DNA from: Acidobacteriota bacterium
GTDB taxonomy: Bacteria; Acidobacteriota; UBA6911; RPQK01; JAJDTT01
Assembly (NCBI GenBank): GCA_965217775.1
Contig: CBDCJH010000002.1
Coordinates: 2,112,001-2,176,000, forward strand
Reading direction: 5' to 3'
Length of the DNA stretch: 64,000 nucleotides
Shown piece by piece: positions 1-8,116 of the stretch. How positions within the stretch are numbered: the first letter of the stretch is position 1; every line of letters starts with the position of its first letter. A program made the translations under genes and the position numbers. The notes below the pieces were generated by a model, which saw only the letters and a list, made by a program, of their open reading frames with translations, searched no databases and was not told the origin of the DNA.

Positions 1-3
1 ATT

Positions 4-465
4 GTGGGCAATGGATACGTGGCGGCCGTGGAAACCACTGGCAGGTGCCTGATGGAGGACTTTGGTAATGAGGATGTCTGGGTCACCGGAGTCGATCCTT
101 CTGGATTTTCCGCCGGGGCCGACGACCAACAAGCCGCTGCGGAAGCCTTCCAGCGAGAGCACCGTGTCGCTCTCCTTGACATGATTCATGAGGCACCTGA
201 TTTCGAGAGCTTTAGCACCATGGTCCATGAGTTCCATGCTCAGAAGAGTGTGATCGGCCAGAAGGAATGGTGGGAAGCCGTTGCTCAAGTAAGGGCTGGG
301 GTAATCACATCTGAGTGGCTGGAGAAAGTGTCGGCCGACACTGAACCCAAGCTCAAGGTTCAGTGTATTTCTTTGGGCAATTCCGAGGAGCCCGTGGAAC
401 ATCGGGCTGTACCGAGCCCGTCACTCAATCCTGACGAGTATCAGATTAGAAAACTCGCTGCGTGA
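4..465 (+). CDS. Hypothetical protein, possibly HicB-like antitoxin (5' end may lie outside the window)
   Basis: 153-aa ORF. The acidic segment 'WVTGVDPSGFSAGADDQQAAAEAF' loosely resembles a HicB RNase H-like fold. A short basic ORF follows with overlapping TGATG coupling. Confidence 0.35.
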   Translation: MGNGYVAAVETTGRCLMEDFGNEDVWVTGVDPSGFSAGADDQQAAAEAFQREHRVALLDMIHEAPDFESFSTMVHEFHAQKSVIGQKEWWEAVAQVRAGVITSEWLEKVSADTEPKLKVQCISLGNSEEPVEHRAVPSPSLNPDEYQIRKLAA

Positions 466-545
466 TGCCGGCGAAAGGGCAGATTCCCATCAGGCAAGTG
501 AAGAAAATGCTTGATGAATGTGCCCCCGGATCCGAACTGCCTTGA
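465..545 (+). pseudogene. Short ORF MPAKGQIPIRQVKKMLDECAPGSELP, probably a truncated HicA-like partner ending at repeat 1
   Basis: Translationally coupled to the upstream ORF and stops 1 bp before the 25-bp repeat. Confidence 0.3.
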
Positions 546-546
546 G

Positions 547-571
547 GAGAGGAGGTGACTGTCCCCTTCTC
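547..571 (+). repeat. 25-bp array repeat, copy 1 (GAGAGGAGGTGACTGTCCCCTTCTC)
   Basis: Read directly. Imperfect hairpin GAGAGGAGG/CCCCTTCTC around TGACTGT. Confidence 0.95.
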
Positions 572-730
572 CCGAAGTGGCCCACATGCACGCGCGATGG
601 CGCTGTCCGCGACCTCGCGCCGGACACTGCCGAGGTCGAGGCTCCCACTGATCCGCAGGCTGGCCGTGCCCGGCCTGAAGATGCGGTCCCGCAAGACCCG
701 CTTCTCTCATCTCAGTTCGTCGGCAGTCTT
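572..730 (-). pseudogene. N-terminal remnant of a GAF-type sensor/regulator
   Basis: 'LRDRIFRPGTASLRISGSLDLGSVRREVADSA' resembles the helix preceding GAF domains (SLDLxxVLREVxxSA). It has an internal stop and runs into repeat 1. Confidence 0.4.
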
Positions 731-1090
731 CAATTGTCCTTCCTCGACGGAATCCGGAGCGAGACTTGGTTCAGCGTCCCTAACCGTCGGTTCGCCGAAG
801 GATCGGGGTGCGCCACGTTCTCCAGCCCATGGCAATTGCTGATTGATCGATTACTTCACGTACTTTACACTATATAAGCTCATAATATCACTATAATTTC
901 ACTCTATTCTGCTATCGTTGATTCAAGTATGTTGCTCGACGCGTTAGAGGCCATTTGTTGGCCTTCGAACGTTTCACAGAGAACTCAGCATGGGAAGCGC
1001 AGGTCACCGCGGGGTACCCGATCCAGTTGAGATCCTAGAGACGATTGACGTGATTACCCGTTCGGCACCCATGTAGTTGAAAAGAATCCA

Positions 1091-2716
1091 ATGAGAAAGC
1101 AGATGAGACCGATTGTCTTGGTTTTCGTGACGGCGTTGTTCGGCTGGGTGACCGGTGCCTCCGGGCTTGCCCAGACCATCTACGAGGTCACCATCTATAA
1201 CCTCACTCGGGGTCAGTTGATCACCCCTCCATTGCTGGCCACGCTCGGCCGAGAGGTTCAGAGCACGGATCAGACCGATCCACCGTATGCGGGCACTGTC
1301 TGGATCGACCCGGACATCATCACGCCATCAGATCCGACTGCGCTCGTGAGCGTGACGGATGCCGGAAGGGGGCAACGGACGATGTTCGACCAGCGGATCA
1401 AGGACTGGATCATGGTCAACGCCTATTTGTTCATGGCCCGATTTGATGATGGGCTGACTGCGGAGATTCAGGTCAATCCAGAGTTCGGCAGTGCGTCCTC
1501 CGCGATGGCAAAGGCAAGCAAATATGGGAGATCCATTGGCCAATTGCCGACCGTTCTTCGAACCAATGTCGAGACGGTCTGGATCCATAAAGGGAATGCA
1601 CCTCTCGGGGGTGGGAACAACAATATTCTCATTCATGTCGATTTTCCGGAAGATTATCTGGAGGAGGGATTGGTCCACGAGGGGGCGCACACTTCCCTGG
1701 ACCCACCTTGGATGGGGATTGTCAATGCCGCCGATTGGCGCGCTGCCCAGACGGCCGATGGCAACTTCATTTCCAACTACGCACGAGACCATCCGGAGCG
1801 AGAAGACATCGCCGAATCGTTCCTGCCGTACTTGGCCGTCCGAAATCGTTCGGCTCGAATCTCCCGATCTTACGAGCGGACAATCTTGGAGACGATGCCG
1901 AACCGGATCGCATACTTCGACCGACTTCTCCAGGCTCAATCGGACAACGCATTGCATCCAATCACGTTGGACCTTCGAAAGTCTCTGGACTTCGCGCATT
2001 TCGGGAATGGCGGGTCCATCACCTCGGACTTGGTGTTGATGAACGTGGAGCCGTCGGCGACTTACCCGGCCGTCTACTTCTACGACGAAATGGGTGAACT
2101 GATCGACCCCGAATCGGTGGTGGAGGTGACGGAAAATCTGGAAGTCCGGGAGGACGGAGCGTTGACCACCCGGACGGGGATTGAGCCTCTGGGTGAACTG
2201 GTGATTTCGACCCATGGGCGAGGGAAGTTGGTGACCGGATCGGTTACGGTCTTCTCCGACATCGTGCGCTCCAATCTCCAGGGCGGCAAGAACCGAGCGG
2301 ATGCGGGTGGCGCGGCCCGCATCGGCGGGGTCCTGCGGTTCGACTCCCCGTCCCTGGGCGTGGCCGGCGTGGGGGCCAGTGCGCCCGTAAACGACGTCAT
2401 TTTCCCGGCGCGTCGCCAAGAGGGCGGAATCAACACCGGAGCCGCGATCCGGAACCTGGGAGAGAATCGGATCGATGTGAGTTGCCAATTGATGAAAGCA
2501 GGCGCCGTATTGGAGACGAAGGACATTTCACTGGCCGGTAACGGACAGACGGCCAAGTTCATCCACGAGTTGTTCACCCAGACCGATACGTCCGATTTTG
2601 TCGGGTCGGTTCGTTGCACCGCTCCTGAAGGGGAACGGTTCACCGGTGTCGCCCTGGAGATGGATGCCGATAGCCGAATCTTTACGACTTTGCCGGTGGT
2701 TCCCGTCCCGCAGTGA
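1091..2716 (+). CDS. Secreted modular protein with a zincin-like metallopeptidase domain
   Basis: Signal peptide; spondin-like start YEVTIYNLTRGQ; HEGAH (HExxH) followed by SNYARDHPEREDIAE; beta-rich C-terminal domain starting LDFAHFGNGG. Confidence 0.65.
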   Translation: MRKQMRPIVLVFVTALFGWVTGASGLAQTIYEVTIYNLTRGQLITPPLLATLGREVQSTDQTDPPYAGTVWIDPDIITPSDPTALVSVTDAGRGQRTMFDQRIKDWIMVNAYLFMARFDDGLTAEIQVNPEFGSASSAMAKASKYGRSIGQLPTVLRTNVETVWIHKGNAPLGGGNNNILIHVDFPEDYLEEGLVHEGAHTSLDPPWMGIVNAADWRAAQTADGNFISNYARDHPEREDIAESFLPYLAVRNRSARISRSYERTILETMPNRIAYFDRLLQAQSDNALHPITLDLRKSLDFAHFGNGGSITSDLVLMNVEPSATYPAVYFYDEMGELIDPESVVEVTENLEVREDGALTTRTGIEPLGELVISTHGRGKLVTGSVTVFSDIVRSNLQGGKNRADAGGAARIGGVLRFDSPSLGVAGVGASAPVNDVIFPARRQEGGINTGAAIRNLGENRIDVSCQLMKAGAVLETKDISLAGNGQTAKFIHELFTQTDTSDFVGSVRCTAPEGERFTGVALEMDADSRIFTTLPVVPVPQ

Positions 2717-2745
2717 CGAGAATCAATTGAAAAGACGTCCTTCCG

Positions 2746-2846
2746 ATAGCCGATGCCGCCGCTCTCCGTGCCGACCTCGGTCTGATACTTGAGGATAAAG
2801 GTGATCAGGTCGGCCATCTCCTGGTGGTCGATGTTCTCTTCCAGAC
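2746..2846 (-). pseudogene. 3' fragment of a paralog of the PVC-type heme-binding CxxCH gene
   Basis: Ungapped hand alignment to 14811-14911 with about 14 mismatches in 101 nt. Encodes EMADLITFILKYQTEVGTESGGIGY versus EMADLISFILKYQYEVGTESAGIGY. Confidence 0.85.
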
Positions 2847-2863
2847 TCTTGTAACGGGCCCGC

Positions 2864-2888
2864 GAGAGGAGGTGACTGTCCCTTTCTC
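2864..2888 (+). repeat. 25-bp array repeat, copy 2
   Basis: GAGAGGAGGTGACTGTCCCTTTCTC. Confidence 0.95.
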
Positions 2889-2907
2889 CGTTTCACTTGA
2901 CTTACAG

Positions 2908-3189
2908 TCAGCAAAACGACCCCATTACGTAGATACCACCGAGAAGCGCCCCAGTGAGAACAATTGCCGGAATGTATCCTCCCGATGGTGCCGCCGGTGG
3001 TGGTGCCGATGGTGCCGCCGGTGGTGGTGCCGACCTGGAGTTTAGCCATCGGATCGACGCCCAAATCAGCAGAATCACGAAGACCGGAAGTAGAGCCAGT
3101 GCAGCAAGATACAAAAATGCAAGAATCCCCAGGCCACCGACCCCCAAGATTACCGCTATCGCTGCCAGTAACTCTGCTATCTCTGCCAT
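2908..3189 (-). CDS. Small membrane protein with a Pro/Ala-rich linker
   Basis: ATG preceded by GAGGGGG; hydrophobic helices; a 24-nt tandem duplication encodes SAPPPAAP twice. Confidence 0.5.
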   Translation of the reverse strand: MAEIAELLAAIAVILGVGGLGILAFLYLAALALLPVFVILLIWASIRWLNSRSAPPPAAPSAPPPAAPSGGYIPAIVLTGALLGGIYVMGSFC

Positions 3190-3521
3190 GGCGAAGCCCC
3201 CCTCAGTATTTGCCCCTCTTCTCGCCGGTCGCCTTCCACCATCCGAACGCCAGAGCTGCCCGTTGCTCCCGGTCGGGATGCTCGAAGTCATGCGCGAATA
3301 GTCGATCAGGTCTGGAAGCCGGACCCTTGTAGCGTAGATCGAACGCAGCCGCGACGAGCCGAACGAGGAAGCTTCTCACTTGCCATTGATCCGCCTTGAG
3401 ACCCGGGGTCCGCTGCCGAGACATGCTACCCAGGATTGCAGACAGTTGGAACCGGGGGACCTCCAGTAAATCCAGGCTGGAGTTGATTGCCGATCAAATT
3501 CGACCTGGAGCATCCGTTTCC

Positions 3522-3785
3522 TCATTCTGCCGCCTCGTAGAGCGATGAAATCCCGAACCCCTGGACCTCGACGCCCTCAGAGTAGGCAGTCGACATAGCG
3601 GGAGATTTCCAACGCAGGATGACCGCGACCGCATGCGCCGGTATACCGTTCAATGTGAGCTGCTGAGCCAGACCCCCTCTCAGGGAATGACCGGAGACCC
3701 TGCCCCGGATGCCCGATTGACGTGCCCTTTTCTTGATCACGTCTCGAACTGCCCGAGCTACGAGCTTCACGTGGAGAGTGAAGAG
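3522..3785 (-). pseudogene. C-terminal fragment of a tyrosine recombinase/integrase
   Basis: VIKKRARQSGIRGRVSGHSLRGG...LRWKSPAMSTAY contains HxxR, W and the catalytic Y. The N-terminal part is missing and the fragment begins at repeat 3. Confidence 0.8.
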
Positions 3786-4174
3786 AGGTGACTGTCCCCT
3801 TCTCTCGTCCCCGTTGAAGTCAACGAGACATCGAGCCTCACTTGGTCGTAAGGCACCCGCGGGACCAGCCTCCCACGCGCTCCCCGTTGCAATTCCACGA
3901 TCCCGTATTGAGACATCGTCTTCAGAGTTCGCGAAAGGTTCGACTTGCTTCGTCCGGCCATCTCCGCGAGCTCCGTGAGCGAACCCGGTTGCTCTCGGGC
4001 AATCAGCTCCAGGAGATGCCTGTTGTGCTCGGACAGCAACTTCGCAATGCTCTCGATCGAGGTGAACCACACCTTCGGCTCACCCTTCGCGGGCGTGTGC
4101 TCGCCGCGGGCAATCGCCAGGGTGCGCGCCTTCATCTGATCATAACCGGCAATCCCGATCTCTAACGTCTTCAT
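3767..4174 (-). CDS. HTH transcriptional regulator/antitoxin (HVO_A0114-like)
   Basis: MKTLEIGIA...VWFTSIESIAKLLS...PGSLTELAEMAGRSKSNLSRTLK. The ORF reads through repeat 3 before stopping. Confidence 0.8.
   Translation of the reverse strand: MKTLEIGIAGYDQMKARTLAIARGEHTPAKGEPKVWFTSIESIAKLLSEHNRHLLELIAREQPGSLTELAEMAGRSKSNLSRTLKTMSQYGIVELQRGARGRLVPRVPYDQVRLDVSLTSTGTREGDSHLSSLST
3780..3804 (+). repeat. 25-bp array repeat, copy 3 (left arm variant)
   Basis: GAAGAGAGGTGACTGTCCCCTTCTC. Confidence 0.9.
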
Positions 4175-4543
4175 GGAATCGAGCCTCCTTTCTCCAAGAA
4201 CTTGGTCCACTTCTTTCCAGAAATCCTCGAGGAGCGTCGCTGCGTCTTAGTATTCATAGGGCCGGATCGTCCGCAGCCGATGCCGATGGTCGCCCTCTGC
4301 CCGTCGTCGCCTGCCCGGGCCCGACCGCTCCCTAACCGGGTGCGCATTATCGATTCCAACCAATCTGGCGCCATCCGGCGCGTGCAGCGTCAACGAGTAC
4401 CGGAGGCCGTGCGGTCGTTCGGGAGTCACCTCGGTCCGCACTACGATGAACTTCACCCAATACCCCGTGTCGTCCACAAACAGCGTCTCGCCGTGAAGGT
4501 CGAGCAGGGTGTCCAGTCCGGGATCTCGGCCCGGAATCGTCAT
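4175..4543 (-). pseudogene. DUF6516/TumE-like toxin with a premature in-frame TAA (4247-4249)
   Basis: PERPHGLRYSLTLH...LVGIDNAH motif. After the TAA the frame continues DAATLLEDFWKEVDQVL, the expected family C-terminus. Confidence 0.7.
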
Positions 4544-4551
4544 CGATTGAT

Positions 4552-4570
4552 GTTATCAGATAATGATAAC
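4552..4570. promoter_or_regulatory. Palindromic operator GTTATCA-N5-TGATAAC upstream of the TA pair
   Basis: Perfect 7-bp inverted repeat 8 nt upstream of the toxin start codon. Confidence 0.6.
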
Positions 4571-4581
4571 CGAGGACGGGC

Positions 4582-4606
4582 GAGAGGAGATGACTGTCCC
4601 CTTCTC
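4582..4606 (+). repeat. 25-bp array repeat, copy 4
   Basis: GAGAGGAGATGACTGTCCCCTTCTC. Confidence 0.95.
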
Positions 4607-4693
4607 TCGCCTTGCGTTACCCTGCCTTGACCGCCTGATTCGGTGCCCTCTACGATTCACCCCAGATTCCAGCCCACAGAAAGGACAGCCATC

Positions 4694-5923
4694 ATGGTGA
4701 GATCGAAAGCACGATCCCAATCCATCAGTCGCCGAATGTTTTTCCAAGGTGCAAAGGCAGCTGGTACGACAGCATTGACGGCTTCACTATTCGGAAGACG
4801 GTACCGCCCGCTTGAGGCTGGCAAGCAGTTGCGCATCGGCGTGGTGGGCGGTGGATTCGGCGCAGCGTTTCCCTGGCATCGGCATCCCAACTGCAAGGTG
4901 ACCGCAGTCGCTGATCTCAGGGAGGACCGCCGGAAAAAGATGGAAGAGCGGTTCGAGTGCTCTAACGCCTATGCGGATTTCCGCGCCATGCTCAAGGACC
5001 CCTCAGTGGATGCAGTCTCCATCTTCACCGGGGCGCCCCGTCACGTTCCCCATTGCGTGGAGGTCATGGAATCCGGTCGACACGTTATCAGCGCCGTTCC
5101 GGCCGCCATAACCCTGGAACAGTGCCAGCAGCTTCTCGTGGCCGTCAAAAAAACCGGCCAGATCTACATGATGGCCGAAACCAGCTGCTTTCACCCATCC
5201 ACCATGACTGCCCGCAGACTAAGGCAAGACGGCAAGTTCGGGAGAATCTATTACACGCAGGGGGACTACCTCCATGACCACGGCACCTACTTGGCGAAGG
5301 GGGAGATGCCGGAGTATCTGGATCGGATGTTCTTTCACGAGGGCAAGCGAACATGGCGGTACGGCAACGCGCAAGGCCTCTATATCACCCATGCCAGCGG
5401 TCCGATCATTTATGTGACCGGCGAGAGCTTGGTTGAGGTCGCGGCGGTCGGAACGCCGTTGGATCACCCGTTCTACAAGGAGAACCGGTACGGCAACCCC
5501 TTCATGAACACCACCTTCTTCTTCAAAACGTCGGGTGGAAACTCCTCCCGAGTCAACATCCACTGGTGGACCGCAGCTCCCGGCCGTGAAGGTGCGGACT
5601 ATTTTGGGACCGAAATGTCGTTATTCGAGAGGTGGAAGGGTCTGCGCCCTTCCGCTTACGTGACTCGTCCTCATTCAGAACCCGAACTTCTGCAGGCAGA
5701 CCACTCCGGGGAACTGCCGCCGTCACTGCGGACCGTTGGGGGACACGGGGGTTCCCATCCCTTCATCATTCATGAGTTCGTTTCGGCATGTCTGGAGCAG
5801 CGCCCCCCGTCAGTCGATGTCCATCAGGCCCTGTCCTATACTGCGCCCGGAATCGTAGGATTCCACTCGGCTCTGAAGGGTGGAGACTGGCTGAAGATTC
5901 CCGATTTTGGACCCGTCAGTTAG
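4694..5923 (+). CDS. Gfo/Idh/MocA family oxidoreductase, Tat-exported
   Basis: SRRMFF twin-arginine motif; LRIGVVGGGFG Rossmann motif; VDAVSIFT; GGHGGSH. Confidence 0.9.
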   Translation: MVRSKARSQSISRRMFFQGAKAAGTTALTASLFGRRYRPLEAGKQLRIGVVGGGFGAAFPWHRHPNCKVTAVADLREDRRKKMEERFECSNAYADFRAMLKDPSVDAVSIFTGAPRHVPHCVEVMESGRHVISAVPAAITLEQCQQLLVAVKKTGQIYMMAETSCFHPSTMTARRLRQDGKFGRIYYTQGDYLHDHGTYLAKGEMPEYLDRMFFHEGKRTWRYGNAQGLYITHASGPIIYVTGESLVEVAAVGTPLDHPFYKENRYGNPFMNTTFFFKTSGGNSSRVNIHWWTAAPGREGADYFGTEMSLFERWKGLRPSAYVTRPHSEPELLQADHSGELPPSLRTVGGHGGSHPFIIHEFVSACLEQRPPSVDVHQALSYTAPGIVGFHSALKGGDWLKIPDFGPVS

Positions 5924-5964
5924 CCATAACCGGTGAGCCCGGTTGTTTTGGAAACTCGCGCGGC

Positions 5965-5989
5965 GAGAGGAGGTGACTGTCCCCTTCTC
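5965..5989 (+). repeat. 25-bp array repeat, copy 5
   Basis: Exact consensus. Confidence 0.95.
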
Positions 5990-6099
5990 CCGGTTATGGC
6001 CGCCAATTTCCTCCGGGCTATGGCAGGAAGAATAGAGTCGTTTAAACTGCACTCATAGGCTGAAAATGTAGCACCATCCCATCGGCGAGGAGAGAGTCA

Positions 6100-6780
6100 A
6101 TGGCATCGGCACTCAAGAACTTGTCGCCAATTCGTGCTTGCGGCGAAGTCTTGCCGCCACCGCAGCTATTCGAGAATATCCCGATGCTGCACTGGTTTTT
6201 GACAGAGGTGCTTGAGGATTGGCTGCGTGCAGTCGGTCCTTATCAAGAGCAAGTTGATAACGCGGAGGACGAAGCAGCGATGATATATGCGTTCGTGGAT
6301 CTCCAATCCATGTTCTTGAAGTGCCTATTCTCCTATGCCTTCTTCTTCGTTTCAGCTGATAACGCTTATGCGTTTTTTTACAAGAAGTTGAACCGCGCAA
6401 ACTTTCTTTCAGGTCTGAGATTAAAGCATGGAAAACCACCGAAAAAGACGTCATTGGTTTGCAAACTCCGTCGGATCAGAAACATTTCCATCGCGCATTT
6501 TCCGTCTGACGATGCCAATCCCATTGATGCTTTCGCTGGTATGTCCTGGACACCGATGAGTCTGTCGTCATCCAGTGGTGGTCGCGTGGATCTTGAGAAA
6601 CTTACCTTCGTACCAGGTCGATTTCGCGGGATAGATGCATCAGGCCAAAGTATCGAATCTGAAGACTTTGAAATTTCTGGAATTAGGACCCTGCACCAGC
6701 ATTGTATGTCGTACTTGGAGCAATACGATCAGATTTGCTGCGACTATTTGGGTGGACTAAAAATCGCAATTGGAACTTGA
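6100..6780 (+). CDS. Hypothetical protein with a HEPN-like RNxxxxH motif
   Basis: 226-aa ORF, visibly AT-richer than the backbone, with RBS GAGGAG. It fills one repeat-bounded segment and contains LRRIRNISIAH. Confidence 0.55.
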   Translation: MASALKNLSPIRACGEVLPPPQLFENIPMLHWFLTEVLEDWLRAVGPYQEQVDNAEDEAAMIYAFVDLQSMFLKCLFSYAFFFVSADNAYAFFYKKLNRANFLSGLRLKHGKPPKKTSLVCKLRRIRNISIAHFPSDDANPIDAFAGMSWTPMSLSSSSGGRVDLEKLTFVPGRFRGIDASGQSIESEDFEISGIRTLHQHCMSYLEQYDQICCDYLGGLKIAIGT

Positions 6781-6805
6781 AACGCGTCGGCAACAAAATA
6801 CGGAC

Positions 6806-6830
6806 AAGAGGAGGTGACTGTCTCCTTCTC
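6806..6830 (+). repeat. 25-bp array repeat, copy 6
   Basis: AAGAGGAGGTGACTGTCTCCTTCTC. Confidence 0.92.
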
Positions 6831-6914
6831 CCGCCCGTCAAAGCTGGAGACGAAATTGTTGGGTGGAGTTCCGGAAACCCCGGTGTTCCACTTTGACCGA
6901 CAAGAACTCCCATC

Positions 6915-7568
6915 ATGCTTGACATCGCGAGAGTTATGAGCGAACTGGCTAGCGATAGGCCGGTGTTTCATTCCGAGGCCGACTTCCAGCACGCGTTTGC
7001 GTGGCACATTCACTCCTTAATGCCGAACGGCAAGGTTCGTCTGGAATACCGACCCTTACCGGACGAAGCGGTGTACCTGGACCTCTGGTTTCCTGCTATC
7101 GGAGTTGTCGTGGAACTGAAGTACTACACCCGAGAGCTTAAGCTTGAACACGACAGTGAATTGTTCTCGCTACGCAATCAGGCAGCGATGCCACCCCGCC
7201 GATATGACTTTCTAAAAGACATTCAACGGCTTGAGCGAGTGTGCAGAAAGCGGAGGGACATTCGAACCGGTTTCGCGGTCCTGCTGACCAACGATTACCT
7301 CTATTGGACACAATCGGCACGGGACAATGTTGTGGATGCCGATTTCTGCCTCTACGCCGGACGGCTAGTTGCGGGAGAAATGGATTGGTCGATGGGCGCT
7401 GCCGACGGAACGAAGAGAGGCCGGGAAAAACCCATCTGTCTTGCTGGTTCCTACGAACTGCAATGGCGTGATTATCCGGCGGAGATTGGCGACGCACGCC
7501 ATGGACAGTTTCGTTACCTAGCGGTCCAGGTGTCCCCGCTGGGCTGTGGTGGCCTCGCTCCCGAATAG
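6915..7568 (+). CDS. Putative PD-(D/E)XK nuclease-fold protein
   Basis: FHSEADFQHAFAW...LEY...YLDLW...VVELKY...FLKDIQRLE motif order. Confidence 0.7.
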   Translation: MLDIARVMSELASDRPVFHSEADFQHAFAWHIHSLMPNGKVRLEYRPLPDEAVYLDLWFPAIGVVVELKYYTRELKLEHDSELFSLRNQAAMPPRRYDFLKDIQRLERVCRKRRDIRTGFAVLLTNDYLYWTQSARDNVVDADFCLYAGRLVAGEMDWSMGAADGTKRGREKPICLAGSYELQWRDYPAEIGDARHGQFRYLAVQVSPLGCGGLAPE

Positions 7569-7773
7569 GGTATGGCAAGGTATTTTTTGGGACTACAACC
7601 CACAACCCTAACTGGCTGATTTTCTGCGCCGGACGTGGTCCTGTGCCCCACTCTTTCCGGCCTTGGTGAGTTCACTCCGACGAAATAATCGCATTTGCCC
7701 CTTCTGGGATCATTCCAACCAGGAGGTCGATGCCTGAGGCGCCGGACCCACAAATGCGGAGGAAGGGCCAAAC

Positions 7774-7798
7774 GAGAGGAGGTGACTGTCCCCTTCTC
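7774..7798 (+). repeat. 25-bp array repeat, copy 7
   Basis: Exact consensus. Confidence 0.95.
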
Positions 7799-7864
7799 GT
7801 CCGATTTTGGACCCGTCGGTTAGCCGATCCCGGAGAGGCCGGCGGCTTTGGGAACTCGCGGGAC

Positions 7865-7889
7865 GAGACGAGGTGACTGTCCCCTTCTC
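7865..7889 (+). repeat. 25-bp array repeat, copy 8
   Basis: GAGACGAGGTGACTGTCCCCTTCTC. Confidence 0.95.
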
Positions 7890-8116
7890 CCGCGCCCGGT
7901 TGCGGCGGGGGAGCGGAGCTGGCCCACGCGCTACAGTGCGAGACCGAGGGCCGATTTCGATGATCTGGAAGCTACCACTATTCAACTCGGGCTCCCGCAC
8001 CCGAGCTACTGGCCCGAGACTCGGGCAAGGGATAGACTGGGGGACAGGAGGGTAGTTCTCTGTGGGCTCGTCAGGCCGAGTGGGAACGTGTCGAAACAGC
8101 GGGTTGAGTAAAGACT

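Noticed and set aside
2984-3033. 24-nt tandem duplication
   Set aside because: It encodes an in-frame Pro/Ala linker repeat; no sign of a separate element.
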